Shown here piece by piece: positions 26,573 through 38,210 of a DNA stretch of 64,000 nt. Below the pieces are notes generated by a model. It did no database searches. It saw only the letters and a program-made list of their open reading frames with translations, and was not told where the DNA came from. The stretch spans positions 408,642,001 to 408,706,000 of the forward strand of contig OZ024740.1 in the NCBI GenBank assembly GCA_964016885.1, given 5' to 3'. A program made the translations under genes and the position numbers. Numbering within the stretch: position 1 is the first letter of the stretch; each line of letters opens with the position of its first letter. This DNA is from Eledone cirrhosa (taxonomy: Eukaryota).

Positions 26573-27620
26573 CTTTAAGAGGTGAGGTGATGAATGAGGC
26601 ATGTGCTCTATGAAGTGTCTGGCCGTACGAGCAGCCACCTCACATACGCACTTAACTCCTACTCTGAACTGGATAGAGCTGAGTACCTCGCTCATGTCGT
26701 CAACGAGTGGCCTGCAGGCTATCTTGGACACAAGTTGCCGAAAGACGTTACCCACTGCAATAAGTTGTATGCTCCCATCATTATTTTTCAACACCGTTAG
26801 GTTGGCTGAGAAGATCACGGGCATGGCGGGGAAGGTGGGCACAAAGAAGCCTGTTAGGGAGGCCTACTCTCACCTCAGTGGAGTGTGGGGAGAGTAGGTC
26901 TCTCAGGTGGCCTAGTCGCAGGCCTTTCACTGCTGCTCTCTGAGCTTCCGTCACACCCACGCCGGCCGGACACGGACAAGGCAGCAACACTATCAGGAAT
27001 CTGGAAGTCCTTGATATCGGCCAGTGGGTCCAGGTGCTTGAGATGGAGAGCGGCCAGAACCTCCGGCTGGAGTACCGTGTCGCTCGAGGCCAGCGCACAT
27101 ACCGGAGCAGAAACGTCGTCTTCGATCAATGTGCAATTGATTTGGTCACGGAGCCGTTTCGTAAAATCGTAAGTGAACTGTGTGCGTGGTGTTGGCGTAT
27201 TTATGGTGTTGGCGTACAGTCTGGGAGAATCGAGAGACTGATTGTTGAGGGGTGGTCGAAGGAAACGACGTTGCTTCTGACCCTCGAAGTCAAGGAGGGG
27301 ACCGAACTCTCGCCTGCCATCGGGATCCCAAGTATAAGCGATGCTCTTCGGCCTTGAAAGTCCGGGTAACCTTGAGGATCCTGATGATGACTCTCCGCGA
27401 AATCGCTATTATAACCTCGTCGGAGTTCAACGTGGTTTGAACCTCATTTTGTCGTGACCCTGTGTCTATCCGTGCATCGGGGTTTAACAGTGGTGTCGAC
27501 GGAGTTAAGCAGCGTGGGCAGTGCCACCGGTGCAAGGATTCCGATGTGCTTCGGGTAAGTTTGACGCAAGAAAGGTGGAAGAAATTGTTACTGTAGGAAC
27601 ACGTCCTTCCTTTCTTCCAC
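26573..27620 (-). mobile_element. CRE-clade non-LTR retrotransposon, N-terminal and early RT fragment with a PHD-like finger
   Basis: IFSANLTVLKNNDGSIQLIAVGNVFRQLVSK, QFRVGVKCVCEVAARTAR; upstream CSYSNNFFHLSCVKL...WHCPRC. Confidence 0.75.
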
Positions 27621-27833
27621 CTACTGCTCGATTTCCTGTAGAGTGGTGGGTTGGGGAGGAGCCTCGGAATGTCTAGAGCTGGGGTGATTGATGTGGCTGG
27701 ATGGGACTAGAGTTAAAGCTGGGTTTCGGGAACAAGTGGGACTGAAGGGCGAGCTAATACATCCAAGGTGAAAAAAAAAGAAACGGAGATGCAGCCATTT
27801 TGTATGTATGTATGTATGTATGTATGTATATAT

Positions 27834-30800
27834 AGAAGAATTCCCAGTAGGGATTAGTGAGCGTCTTATGTCCATGAGAGTTCCGCTGGACAAAGGTAGA
27901 TATGCTACCCTGGTGAGTGTGTATGCTCCAACTATGAATTCTGTCGATGAAGAAAAAGTGTCCTTTTACCATGCCTTGAAAGGTGTTTTAAGAAATATCC
28001 CTCAGGCAGACAAAGTCATCGTGCTTGGTGACTTTAATGCTAGAGTGGGTAGGGATTTTAACACATGGAATGTAATCGGAAGGCATGGGGTGGGAAAGTG
28101 TAACAGCAATGGTATGCTCTTGCTGCAGATGTGTGAGGAGCTGGATCTGTGTGTTACCAACACCATGTTCCAACAAAAGAACAAATTCAAGACCACATGG
28201 ATGCATCCTGCATCTAAGGAATGGCATCTTTTGGACTACGTCCTAGTCAGGATGCGTGACAGACAGGATGTGCAGTGTGTTCGTGCTCTTCGTGGAGCTG
28301 AGTGCTGGACGGACCACCGCCTGGTACGCGCAAAAGTGAAACTAATCACTAAACGTAAAATCCGGACTCCTTTTGTTGCCCTGCCCAAAACACTGAATGC
28401 TGCTCGTCTTAAGGATAAAAATGTGAAGAGGACATTGGAAGAAGAGATGCAGGCTGCAGATCTTGGTGAGGATTGGCCAACCCTTAAAAAGTCGGTTTAT
28501 GATGTAGGCAGGCGTGTTCTGGGACCGTCTATGGACCGTCTTCTTCTCTGGTGACACCGCTTTGCAACAAGGATGACAAAGAACTTCTTCGTGACTCACA
28601 AGGAATTCTACGAAGGTGGCGAGAGCACTTTGATGATCTTTTGAATCAGCCGTCTGTCATCAATGAAGATTTCCTCAATCTCATTCCAGAAAGTCCTGTG
28701 AAAGTAGCTCTCACAGAACATCCGACGCTTGAGGAGGTTGCAGTGGCTATCTCGAATCTGAACAGTGGAAGGTCTCCAGGTATGGATGGCATACATGCAT
28801 AGCTCCTACAATATGGGGGTGAGAGACTCCTGCAACATCTTCACTCTTTGTTTAGCAGGATATGGGCTAATGAATCCGTACCTGAGGACTGGAGAGATGC
28901 AGTAATGGTGGTCTTGTACAAGGTAAAGGGTAACAGGAATGATTGTGGGAACTACAGAGGTATATCATTGCTTTCTGTCGTAGGGAAAGTTTTATGTACG
29001 GTGCTTCTGGACCCTCTGCTGACACACATTGCAGATTGTGTTCTTCCTGAAAGTCAATCTGATTTTCGTGCTGGACGCGGCACTACTGATATGATCTTCT
29101 CAGCTAGACAACTCCAGGAGAAGTGCATGGAACACGGTTTGGATCTGTATCAGGATTTTGTCGATCTGACAAAAGCTTTCGATTCTGTTAACAGAGATGC
29201 ATTATGGAAGGTTCTCCAGAAACTTGGTTGCCCTGATAAGTTCCTTGCTTTAGTTAGGTCTTTCCATGACGACATGAAGGCTTGGGGTTAATGTCGGAGG
29301 TAACATGTCGGAGCCTATCTCAGTAAAAAAAATGGAGTGAAACGGGGATATTCCAGCACCAACCCTGTTTGCCATAAACTTTGCAATGGTTTTCTGTATT
29401 GCATTCAGGAATTTCGAGCATGGTGTTTACATCTGATATCGAACATCGGGCAGCATATTTAACATCAGGCGCTTTGCTGCAAAGACAAAAGTATTTACAT
29501 CAATCATAAGAGACCTCTTGTATGCAGGTGATTGCGATCTTGTAGCGCATACAGAAAGTGATATGCAGCACATTTTGAATGCATTTTCTGACGCTTGCAC
29601 TGCCCTAGGATTGACTGTCAGTCTCAAGAAAACCGTCGTCATGTACCAACCTGCCCCTGGTAAGCAGTACACTGAACCAAATATCTATGTGTATGGTAAA
29701 CGACTTGGAGTGGTTGATCAGTTTGTCTACCTGGGAAGCACTGTCAATCGATACAGCAACCTTGATAGTGAAATCTCACTTAGGATTAGGAAAGCAAGTG
29801 ATGCTTTCGGAAAGCTAGAAAGGCGACTCTGGAGTCGGCGAGACATATGCAGGAGGACAAAGGTAAAGGTGTACAAGGCATGTGTGCTCTCTTGTCTTCT
29901 TTATGCCTGCGAGACCTGGGTCACATATCGACACCACCTTAAGCAATTGGAGCGTTTCCATCAGATGTGTCTCAGACGAATCCATGGCGTTCACTGGAGG
30001 GACCACATCAGTGATGTCGAGATTTTGGAAAGCTCTATGTGTGACAGTATAGAAGCTCTTGTGCTTAAGAAACGACTCCGTTGGAGTGGTCACCTTGCCA
30101 GGATGAAGGATTCTAGAATACCAAAACAACTCTTTTATGGAGAGTTGGTTAAAGGAAAACGACCGTCACATAAACCAAAAAAGAGGTATAAGAACTTCTT
30201 GAAAGCCTCTTTGAAAGACGCTAACATCTCTGCTGATACGTGGGAAAATATTGCTGCTGATCGTAATAAATGAAGAAAGACTGTATATGAGGGAAAAGTT
30301 GCCTTTGAGGCATCTCGAATCGCATACGAGAAAGTAAAGCGGGATGTGAGGAAGGGCATTGCTGTTGCACTTCCAGACGGCGAGGGTCCTCCTATGGTGC
30401 TGACATGCAGCATCTGTGCGAGACTCTGCCTAAGCAAAGCTGGACTCGACAGTCATCTTAGCAGTCATAAAGTAAGACCAGTGGTTGACTACCAGGCTGC
30501 TGTTGGAGATGCTACTCATCATGCTTGCCAAACATGTGGTAGAGAATGTAAATCAGCAGGAGGCCTCAAGCGACATGCAAAAGTACATGAACTCCAACCA
30601 CAGCCGGCTATTCCCAGTGAATGTTTTGGTTGCCGACTCTGTGCAAGACATTTTAGATCATTGGCTGGGCTAAAAAGCCACATTCGATCGCAGCGCTGTT
30701 AGTTGCTATCGTGTGTGTGTGTGTGTATAGATATGTTTATGTGTGCGCGTGTGTGTGTGTGTATATATGTATATGTATATTATTATTGTTGTTATTATTA

Positions 30801-30960
30801 TTATTATTATTGTTATTAATGTATATGTGTGTATGTATATATATATATGTGTGTATATATGTATATGTATGTGTATATATATATATATATTTCTTTTTTT
30901 TCTCCTCGTGCAATGGCCATACTCGATAACGAGGGGGCAGCCATCATGTATGTATGTATG
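27834..30960 (+). mobile_element. RTE-clade LINE, 5'-truncated, with APE, RT, three C-terminal C2H2 fingers and (TATG)n tail
   Basis: VYAPT, GDFNARVG, TWMHP, LDY, TDH; SPGMDG, NYRGISLL, FVDLTKAFD, LYAGD (decayed YADD), YLGS, YACETW, LRWSGH; 3'UTR ends GCAGCCATC(ATGT)n; several stops and frameshifts. Confidence 0.92.
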
Positions 30961-31782
30961 TTCTGGTTTTATAATTTCACAAATTTTTGCCAATTCAGAG
31001 AGAGTCCTTTTCTAACATAGACACAAGACTCCCTCATTGAAATTTACACATCAACTGGGTAGATATGTATGCATGTCTGCATGCATGCATGTGTAGATAT
31101 GGATGTTATTGTATGTTTTGAGTTGTATGTGTGCATGTGTATACGCTTTGTATCTATACATGTGTATATGCACATCAGATGCAAAATGTTTGGAATGTTT
31201 TACATATTTTTACTGTTCCGTTAATGGATTGTACTTTTAATTTCCTAACTAGTTGTACTCTTTCTGTTCCTGTGAAGCCCAACTTCTCAAGATTTGTATT
31301 GAGGCAGTTGCTAACATACCCCAGTGCCCCAATAATTGCAGGCATAAATCTGAAGGTATAATCGTGGTGGAGTATCTGCAGATTTCTCATTAGTTCTGCA
31401 TAGATATTCGCCTTTTCGCTAATCTTTGATATTATATTGGCATCTGTTGGGCAGCTAACTTCCATTACTGTGCATGCCTTCTTTTCCCTGTCCCATATCA
31501 TAATATCTGGTCTGTTATGCCTGCATTTTATTGGGGGTTTTACTGGAACATTCCGCCAGTACTCTTTCATATTATGTATATGTATGTCTTCCACATTGCT
31601 GTAGCTTTTAATGTGTTTATTACCGGGGCTATCTTTTCTACGGATTGCATTGTACAGTGTTTTGGCCATTACATCATGCCTCATAGGTAGATAGTACCGC
31701 GATGACATCTTTGGACAGCTGCTTATGACATGGGTGATATCTTCGATGTTAATTCTGCAGAGTCTGCACTTGTTATCACAAG
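30961..31782 (-). mobile_element. R4/Dong-like RLE-type LINE, 3' fragment
   Basis: CRLC..NIEDITHVISSCPKM zinc knuckle, RHD, HNRPDIMIWD, EVSCP, K..KA..Y, IIGALG; flanked on both sides by (TATG)n-type microsatellite. Confidence 0.85.
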
Positions 31783-31912
31783 TGTACGTATGTATGTACG
31801 TATGTACGTATGTATGTACATATGTACGTATGTATGTACGTATGTACGTATGTATGTACGTATGTATCTATGTACGTATGTATGTATGTACGTATGTACG
31901 TATGTATGTATG
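31783..31912. repeat. (TATG/TACG)n microsatellite
   Basis: Directly visible. Confidence 0.95.
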
Positions 31913-32064
31913 CACATGGATATATAAATACTCGGTTTGGTGTCTGATCACACGGTTAGTCTACCGGGAGTGAGAGGACCCTAGTTCTTGTAAAGGCATC
32001 ATTCCTGGAGAAGAAAAACTGCGACTCGATGGTTACGTTTTGGATAACTATCACCGTAGTTCAG

Positions 32065-32118
32065 ATACATACATACATGATGGCTGCCCCCTCGTTATCG
32101 AGTATGGTCATTGCACGA
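32065..32118 (-). mobile_element. Very short 5'-truncated copy of the 27.8-30.9 kb RTE 3' end
   Basis: Reverse complement TCGTGCAATGACCATACTCGATAACGAGGGGGCAGCCATCATGTATG matches 30906-30952 with one mismatch. Confidence 0.85.
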
Positions 32119-32149
32119 TATACCATTATTAATAATTATTAACTAATTC

Positions 32150-32820
32150 TATCATGCAATGCCTGTGCATGAAGATGTTTTTTAAAGTGAGGAAAGACTG
32201 TGCACTGAGCCAATCCCACTCTCTGAGCGACAGTAGCTATAACCCGAAAAGAAGAAAAGATCAACATCATCAGTAACTACTGAGCCGCAGGTTTTATATC
32301 GGAGTTATCCCAGTTTCCTGAGTTGCCTTCTCCTAGAAGAATGCCCTGACAAAGGCTAGGGGTCCTTCACTCCCAGTGGTTTAACCGCGCGGTACATGTG
32401 TATATACATATTTACACACTTTTGGATGGCCGTTGACTCTTATGTGTTCTTCCGCCCTTACATACATACGTACATGATGATGATGAGAATGGCTGAAACT
32501 CGATTTCGAGTAATGCCATCGCTTGATACTTAAGCATGAGCATCACGGACATGGCTTTTTATTCCTGTTAGGGACTTGCCGATGGCCAGCAATGCCATGC
32601 ATCGCAAATAATGTCACATATCAAGCGTTGCCTGTGCTTGAAGCTTTTTTAAGTGAGGAAAGGCTTTGCACAGAGCCAATCCCACTCTCTGAACATCGAA
32701 TGCATTTACCCCCAAAAAAGAACTGGTCTACGTCATTGGATGCAAACGAAGTTGCGGGTTTTATATCAGAGTGACCTTCTAGAGAGATGTCTTAATGAAG
32801 ACTAGGAGCCTCTCGCTCAA
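32150..32820 (-). mobile_element. Two related short non-autonomous elements carrying an RTE-5'UTR-like motif
   Basis: 32155-32400 resembles 32625-32820 (AAGTGAGGAAAG.CT.TGCAC.GAGCCAATCCCACTCTCTGA); minus-strand motif GGGAGTGAAGGACCCCTAGCC...GGC...CTAGGAGAAGG, also on + at 31965-32020. Confidence 0.55.
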
Positions 32821-33541
32821 AACAAATAGAAATGTTAAATGAATTAAAGAATTCAAAATAAAAAACATAATACGTACATACGTACATACATACATACACA
32901 CACACACACACGTACATACATACATACATACATACATACATACATACATACATACATACATACATACATACATACACACATGCGTGTGTTTGTATGTGTG
33001 TATTGGCCTTGAGAAACGCCGGGTGATCTTATTCTTCTGGAATAGCGTGAGTCATACTTCTTCGACGTCTGTTTATCATCTTAATTTGATTTCATAAACA
33101 TTGAGAGAAAGAAGCAGTATTGGAAAGGACTATAAATGACATGAGAGGAAAAGGAGGGGAAGGGCAAGGACTGCTAGACAAATACATACACTAAGGCGGA
33201 GTTCAGGGATTACGTCATTGAAATATAACTGGTTAATAACTCTTCACGTCTTTGTGCTGTCACAGAGCCCGTACTTCCGTTAAAACGGTTAATAAATGAA
33301 TAAATAAATAAATAAATAAATAAATACAAATAACCCTTCTATCTTTCATTGTAAGTTCTTATTCAATTCCTGCTTGGGTGCAATCTGAAGCTGGTAAACA
33401 TGATATATATTATTGAAGCTAGATATATTCACAACTATATTTAGTTCATCGTTGTTTTTCCTGTTGGTGTTGTATTTGTTTTTTAACCGCCAATAACCAT
33501 ATATCAACGAAATGTGTCTTTACTCACTCACAAATACTCAA

Positions 33542-33629
<88 letters not shown>

Positions 33630-34332
33630 GATCGTTTTGGAAGCCTCAACAATGCAGATGCGTAAATCTCCGAGTAACAGAATCAGGTGGTGAAGAGAGA
33701 GATGTAAGAGGAAATGTAGAATGAGACATATAGTGTGTAGAGGAACATAGAAAGAATGTAAAAATAATAACACGAGATAGAGTTCCTTGGAAGTGATTTA
33801 AGTGTCCCTATATTTCGGATTTCGCATCCATCAACAGTTGAACACAAACGGCGGACAACAGAGGCCACATACCGTTCCTCTCCGACTAAAAACGATTCCC
33901 CTCGGAAAAAACCCCAGTTGATGGATGCGAATAACGTATACTAAGAATAGACACACACACACACATAGTAAGTTTCATATTGTTTACATCTACGCATCAT
34001 CTAATCTTCCGTCTCCCTGTCATATTGTATCGTCGTATTGATACATGCATACACGCTAGCTCGAAGTAGCTATGCAGCAAATTATGTAGTGATAAATCCT
34101 GTCATAAATATTATTCTCCTGCTTCCACCACATACATACATATATATATACTCCAAATTATAGTAGCTGAATTCTTATAGAATTCCAGTAATAATTAGGA
34201 GCTGATTATACAGACCGATTGCCGGTCCAGCAAAAAATTTTGCAATCGCTCTGTATAATCAGCTCCTCATTATTACTGGAATTCTACAAGAATTCAGCTT
34301 CTATAATTTCCGGCAGAAGCAGGGGAGTACGT

Positions 34333-34374
34333 GGTTCTGATGAACGCCAGCCAGCGTGAAACAGACTGTCAGCT
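34333..34374 (+). ncRNA. Type I hammerhead ribozyme motif
   Basis: GGTT-CTGATGA-ACGCcagccaGCGT-GAAA-CAGaCTG-TC-AGCT; stem I extends past an internal loop. Confidence 0.8.
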
Positions 34375-34825
34375 TCTCTGCCTTCTTTCGCAGAAAAGAA
34401 GTGACATAGTCACTACTTTAAAACTGATAGTGTATGGTCTTCTAAATATCTTTAATTAAACATACGGTATATTGCCAAATATACTATACAAACATTCATA
34501 TATATATATATATATATATATAATAAAAATATTATTTATACTTATATATAAACTATATATAATTATAAACAGAAAAGGTCAGTATTTTTTTATTTTATAC
34601 CACCTTATTACCAGTATGAAAAATAGCTCAATGTAAATACATCAGATGTCTTATTACAGAGCAGGAATATAAAATACAGAACAATCAAAACTATGTTTAA
34701 TACATTTTATTGCTGACAATCGTTTCTTCCAAACAGCCATTTGGATTCATCGGAGCGTTGGCAAAGCTTAAACATATAATTAAATTCCTATTCTACAGAA
34801 CAATCGGTGGAAGCCGAGAGTACGT

Positions 34826-34867
34826 AGCTCTGATGAACGCCAGCCAGCGTGAAACAGACTGTCAGCT
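34826..34867 (+). ncRNA. Type I hammerhead ribozyme motif
   Basis: AGCT-CTGATGA-ACGCcagccaGCGT-GAAA-CAGaCTG-TC-AGCT, extended by GAGAG/CTCTC. Confidence 0.85.
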
Positions 34868-35342
34868 TCTCTCCCTTCTTTCGCAGAAAAGAAGTAAGTG
34901 ACTACTTTAATACTGATAACGTATGGTCTTCTAAATGTTTTTAATTAAACATACAGTATATTGCTAAATATACTATACATACATTCATGTATAAATCGCT
35001 ATTTCAGAGCACCAATCCTAATATATATATATATATATATATAGTTTTGACACCTATGTACATGGGCTGCTTAGCCTCATTTGCATATTGAGCTATCAGC
35101 TGTCTCGGCCGGAAAATTGCAGGTAACTTCTCCTTAAAGAGTTTTTTAACCCGACTCTTTATTACAGGGTATCATTCCTTTCTTGTTCAGTTTAGCACTG
35201 CTAGTTTATTTCTGGCGGAATGGTCCCTATTATGTCTTGTTGTCGTCGTCATTGTCTTTGTTGTTGTTCGGGTTAGCCCTGATTAAGTAGACGTATGGTG
35301 ATGTGACTATCATATCTTTTTGTGATCAGACCACATTATTTC

Positions 35343-36370
35343 AAGGTTAACTTTGCCTTTCATCCTTACGGGGTCGATAAAATAAAGTACCAGTAATGTA
35401 CTGGGTAATTGCTGGCCTTGTGCCAAAAGTAGAAACAATTATTTGATATATCATAATATATCAGGGCGGTGGGTTGGCAGTATCGGTAGAGGGTCGGGCG
35501 CCATGCTTTGCAGCATAAAGTTACGTCCCTTTATGGTCTGAGTTCAAATCCCGCCAAGGTTAACTTTGCCTTTCATCCTTGCGGGGTCGATAAAATAAAA
35601 TACCAGTAATGAACTGAGATAATTGCTGGCCTTGTGCCAAAAGTAGAAACAATTATTTAATATATCATTCCTTTATTAAGATAATAGAATGCTGTTGGAG
35701 GAAGATTTTGCTGCTGTTTTTAACAGATCGAATGACCACTTAGAAGCAAACTACTTGACACGTTACAAGATAAGTTTTAATTTCAAAAACAGTAGCAACA
35801 AATGCCTTTCACCTTCTTGTGTTGATAAAAGTATTGGGTCTGTTAAATTGACTACACCCCTTTCAAACAATGTATGGCATTGGGCCTATGTTATAATAAT
35901 TATTTCTATTTTTAGAACAAGCCCAGCAATTTGAAGAGAAGGGAAAAGTCTATCAAATCGACCCCAGTGTATTCTTTATTTTACCGGCCCCGTAAGAACG
36001 AAAGGCAAAGCTAACTTCGGAGAGATTTGAACTCACTCTATGTTATAAATAGTAATAATTATTATTAGTCCTATTAAGAGCAGTGAATTAGCAGTATCGT
36101 TAAAGCACCAGGGAAATGCTTTTGTAGCATTTAGTTATGCTCCTTTATGTTCTGAGTTCAAATCCCACCGGGGTCAACTTTGCTTTTCATCCTTCTGTGG
36201 TCGATATAATAACGCACCAGACAAGTACTGGAGTTAATTTAATCGACTTTCCTTTCCTCCAAAATTGCTTGCCTTGTGTCTATATTAGACTGCCCTTTAA
36301 GTTCTGAATTCAAATCATGTCGAGGTTGATGTTGCCTTCCATCCTTCTGGGGGTTGGTAAAATAACAGAG
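35343..36370. mobile_element. SINE cluster (+ half 35343-35441, + full 35463-35656, - partial 35905-36035, older + copies 36078-36370)
   Basis: Family core and tail motifs. Confidence 0.85.
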
Positions 36371-36389
36371 TCGATATAATCTGTTAAGT

Positions 36390-36886
36390 CATGAAGTTTA
36401 TATTTCAACATATGCTCCATCTAGGTCAATACACTTCTGCATGCGTTCATACCAGCCTTTAAGTCCATCTGTGTAAAACTGAGGGCTATGCGATTTAAAC
36501 CATGTCAAAGCAGCGTTTTTTACATCTTCAACTGGGGGGATCATCTTCAACCTCATCTCTTCCTCTTCTAAAACGACTTATCCATTTGTAGGTTGTTGAT
36601 TTATTTGGGGCATTGTCCCCATAAACTTGCTCCAGAACGTCAATGATTTAGCTGCTCTTCCACCATAGCTTCACCATGGATTTGATGTTTTGATGGAGGC
36701 CATGCTGCTGGAGAGGGTACTGACTTCTGACTGGCGCCGCTGCGTTGCAATATACATTTAAGGGTTCATGTTAGAACATGTTATGAGATGTTAGTACGAG
36801 AACGTACAGATGCATTGAGATCAAGATACCTGTATATGATTTTTAGCTATGTACTTTTTCCACGAACTTTTTGAAGCCCCCTCGTA
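36390..36886 (-). mobile_element. Internally deleted mariner element (Hsmar2/irritans-like)
   Basis: TIR TACGAGGGGGCTTCAAAAAGTTCGTGGAAA; N-terminal IIDVLEQVYGDNAPNKSTTYKWISRF joined to C-terminal DVKNAALTWFKSHSPQFYTDGLKGWYERMQKCIDLDGAYVE. Confidence 0.85.
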
Positions 36887-36889
36887 CTA

Positions 36890-37080
36890 AGGGTGGTGGA
36901 TTAGCAAAATCGTTAGAACGTTGGACAAAATGACATGGTTCAGGTCCTGCCGATGTCAACTTTTCCTTTCATCCTTCCGGGGTCAATAAAATAATGTACT
37001 AGTCAGGTACAGGAGTCGACTTTATTGACTTTCACTTTCCGTCAAATTGCTGGCAATTGTACCTAAATTAGAAACCATGA
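36890..37080 (+). mobile_element. Older SINE copy
   Basis: Diverged head, core TTTCCTTTCATCCTTCCGGGGTCAATAAAA and tail. Confidence 0.75.
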
Positions 37081-37315
37081 TTAGCACTGCCACCCTGTAT
37101 AGATTATTTGTATTTGCTTGTGTCAGATTTCATCAACCGACGCCATTACAGTCCAGTGGGGGAGGAGTCTTTTAACAGAATATGAAAACATTGGAAATCC
37201 ATAGATATGATAGGACTGGGGTCCCTATCATTAAATTACCCAAGACACCTCCAACGAGATATACCTTGGAGGAGGCCAGCTAAACTTGCATAGGTGTGAG
37301 CTGTCACACACACTA

Positions 37316-38210
37316 CTGGCCTATCTTTCTTCAATCTTTTCTAGCCGCGCTCTCATCAACGAGGCCCTCTGCATGACGTCAGGACCTGGCGTGACCCAGT
37401 AACTGGAGTCAGCTCTGGCTGATTGGATCGATGAAGGCCTCACCGTTCCCCAGGATTCATGTGTCCATCGTAACTGGAACTACACCAAATTCAAGTCTAT
37501 CATCGAGCGAACAGTGTCCTTCTTTAACGAATACCATCTCGCCAGCCTCCGATCTGCCTCGCAACCAAACAGCGACGTGTGACTCAATTTGATGCCCTGT
37601 TTATAAACTGGTACTCCCCTTGATTATGAATGCACTCGAATCGCATGGCTCAGCGCCTTGGCCTCCGCGTCTGTGAAGCCGTCGTGGAGCAGTTGTTCAT
37701 GAGTTTGATCTGCACCCTATATCATGCCATCATAGCGCAGGCCGGTTCCCCTGGCACGCTGCTCTGAACGACATCATCAAAAAGGGCCTCAACGCAGGCG
37801 GCTTCCTGTACAGCTGGAACCAACTACACTCGACCGTGGTGATGGTAAGTGCTCCGACAGAATTACCCTCTTCCCATTCGAGAGAAGTAATTCCTTAATC
37901 TGGGACGAGACGTTCTGCGGCTCGCTCTCCGACTCCAGCCTTGTCACTTCGGCTGCAAACCTTGTCACCGCCACCCTCAACGTAGAGGAGAGAAAGATAA
38001 CTAAACACCGCTCCCTTTTCGAACCGGTCGCCGTCAAGACCTCAGATGTTCTCAGTCCTCACACTGCTGATTTCGTTAGTAAAATCGGAAAGACAGCAGC
38101 CCACCTGAGGAAGGAATCCTGCGATGTGGAGTGACTGTTAAAGCAGGTGTCGCTGGCCATTCTCCGCAACAATACCTGTACCATTTCATCCGCTCAGATT
38201 AGGGTATAGA
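37316..38210 (+). mobile_element. CRE-clade element 3' part with restriction-like endonuclease
   Basis: HAALNDIIKKGL, RGDGKCSDRITLFPF...LIWDET (decayed GKRPDG...WD.T), FEPVAVKTS.VLSPHT, QVSLAILRNN. Confidence 0.8.

Larger units (their letters stand above)
34150..35022 (+). mobile_element. Retrozyme-like or PLE pseudo-LTR element with two hammerheads 493 nt apart and a 5' inverted segment
   Basis: 34310-34500 resembles 34805-34990; inverted repeat 34155-34223/34242-34309; no ORF. Confidence 0.8.

Noticed and set aside
25699-26613. 304-aa Pro/His/Thr-rich extensin- or mucin-like ORF
   Set aside because: LINE ORF1 start running into a (CAC)n expansion and the antisense of a CRE fragment
33805-33935. 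Hammerhead-like CTGTTGA-tGGAT/ATCC-GAAA (minus strand) and 14-bp inverted repeat
   Set aside because: Core A6 is altered and there is no NUH site or stem I; at best a dead remnant
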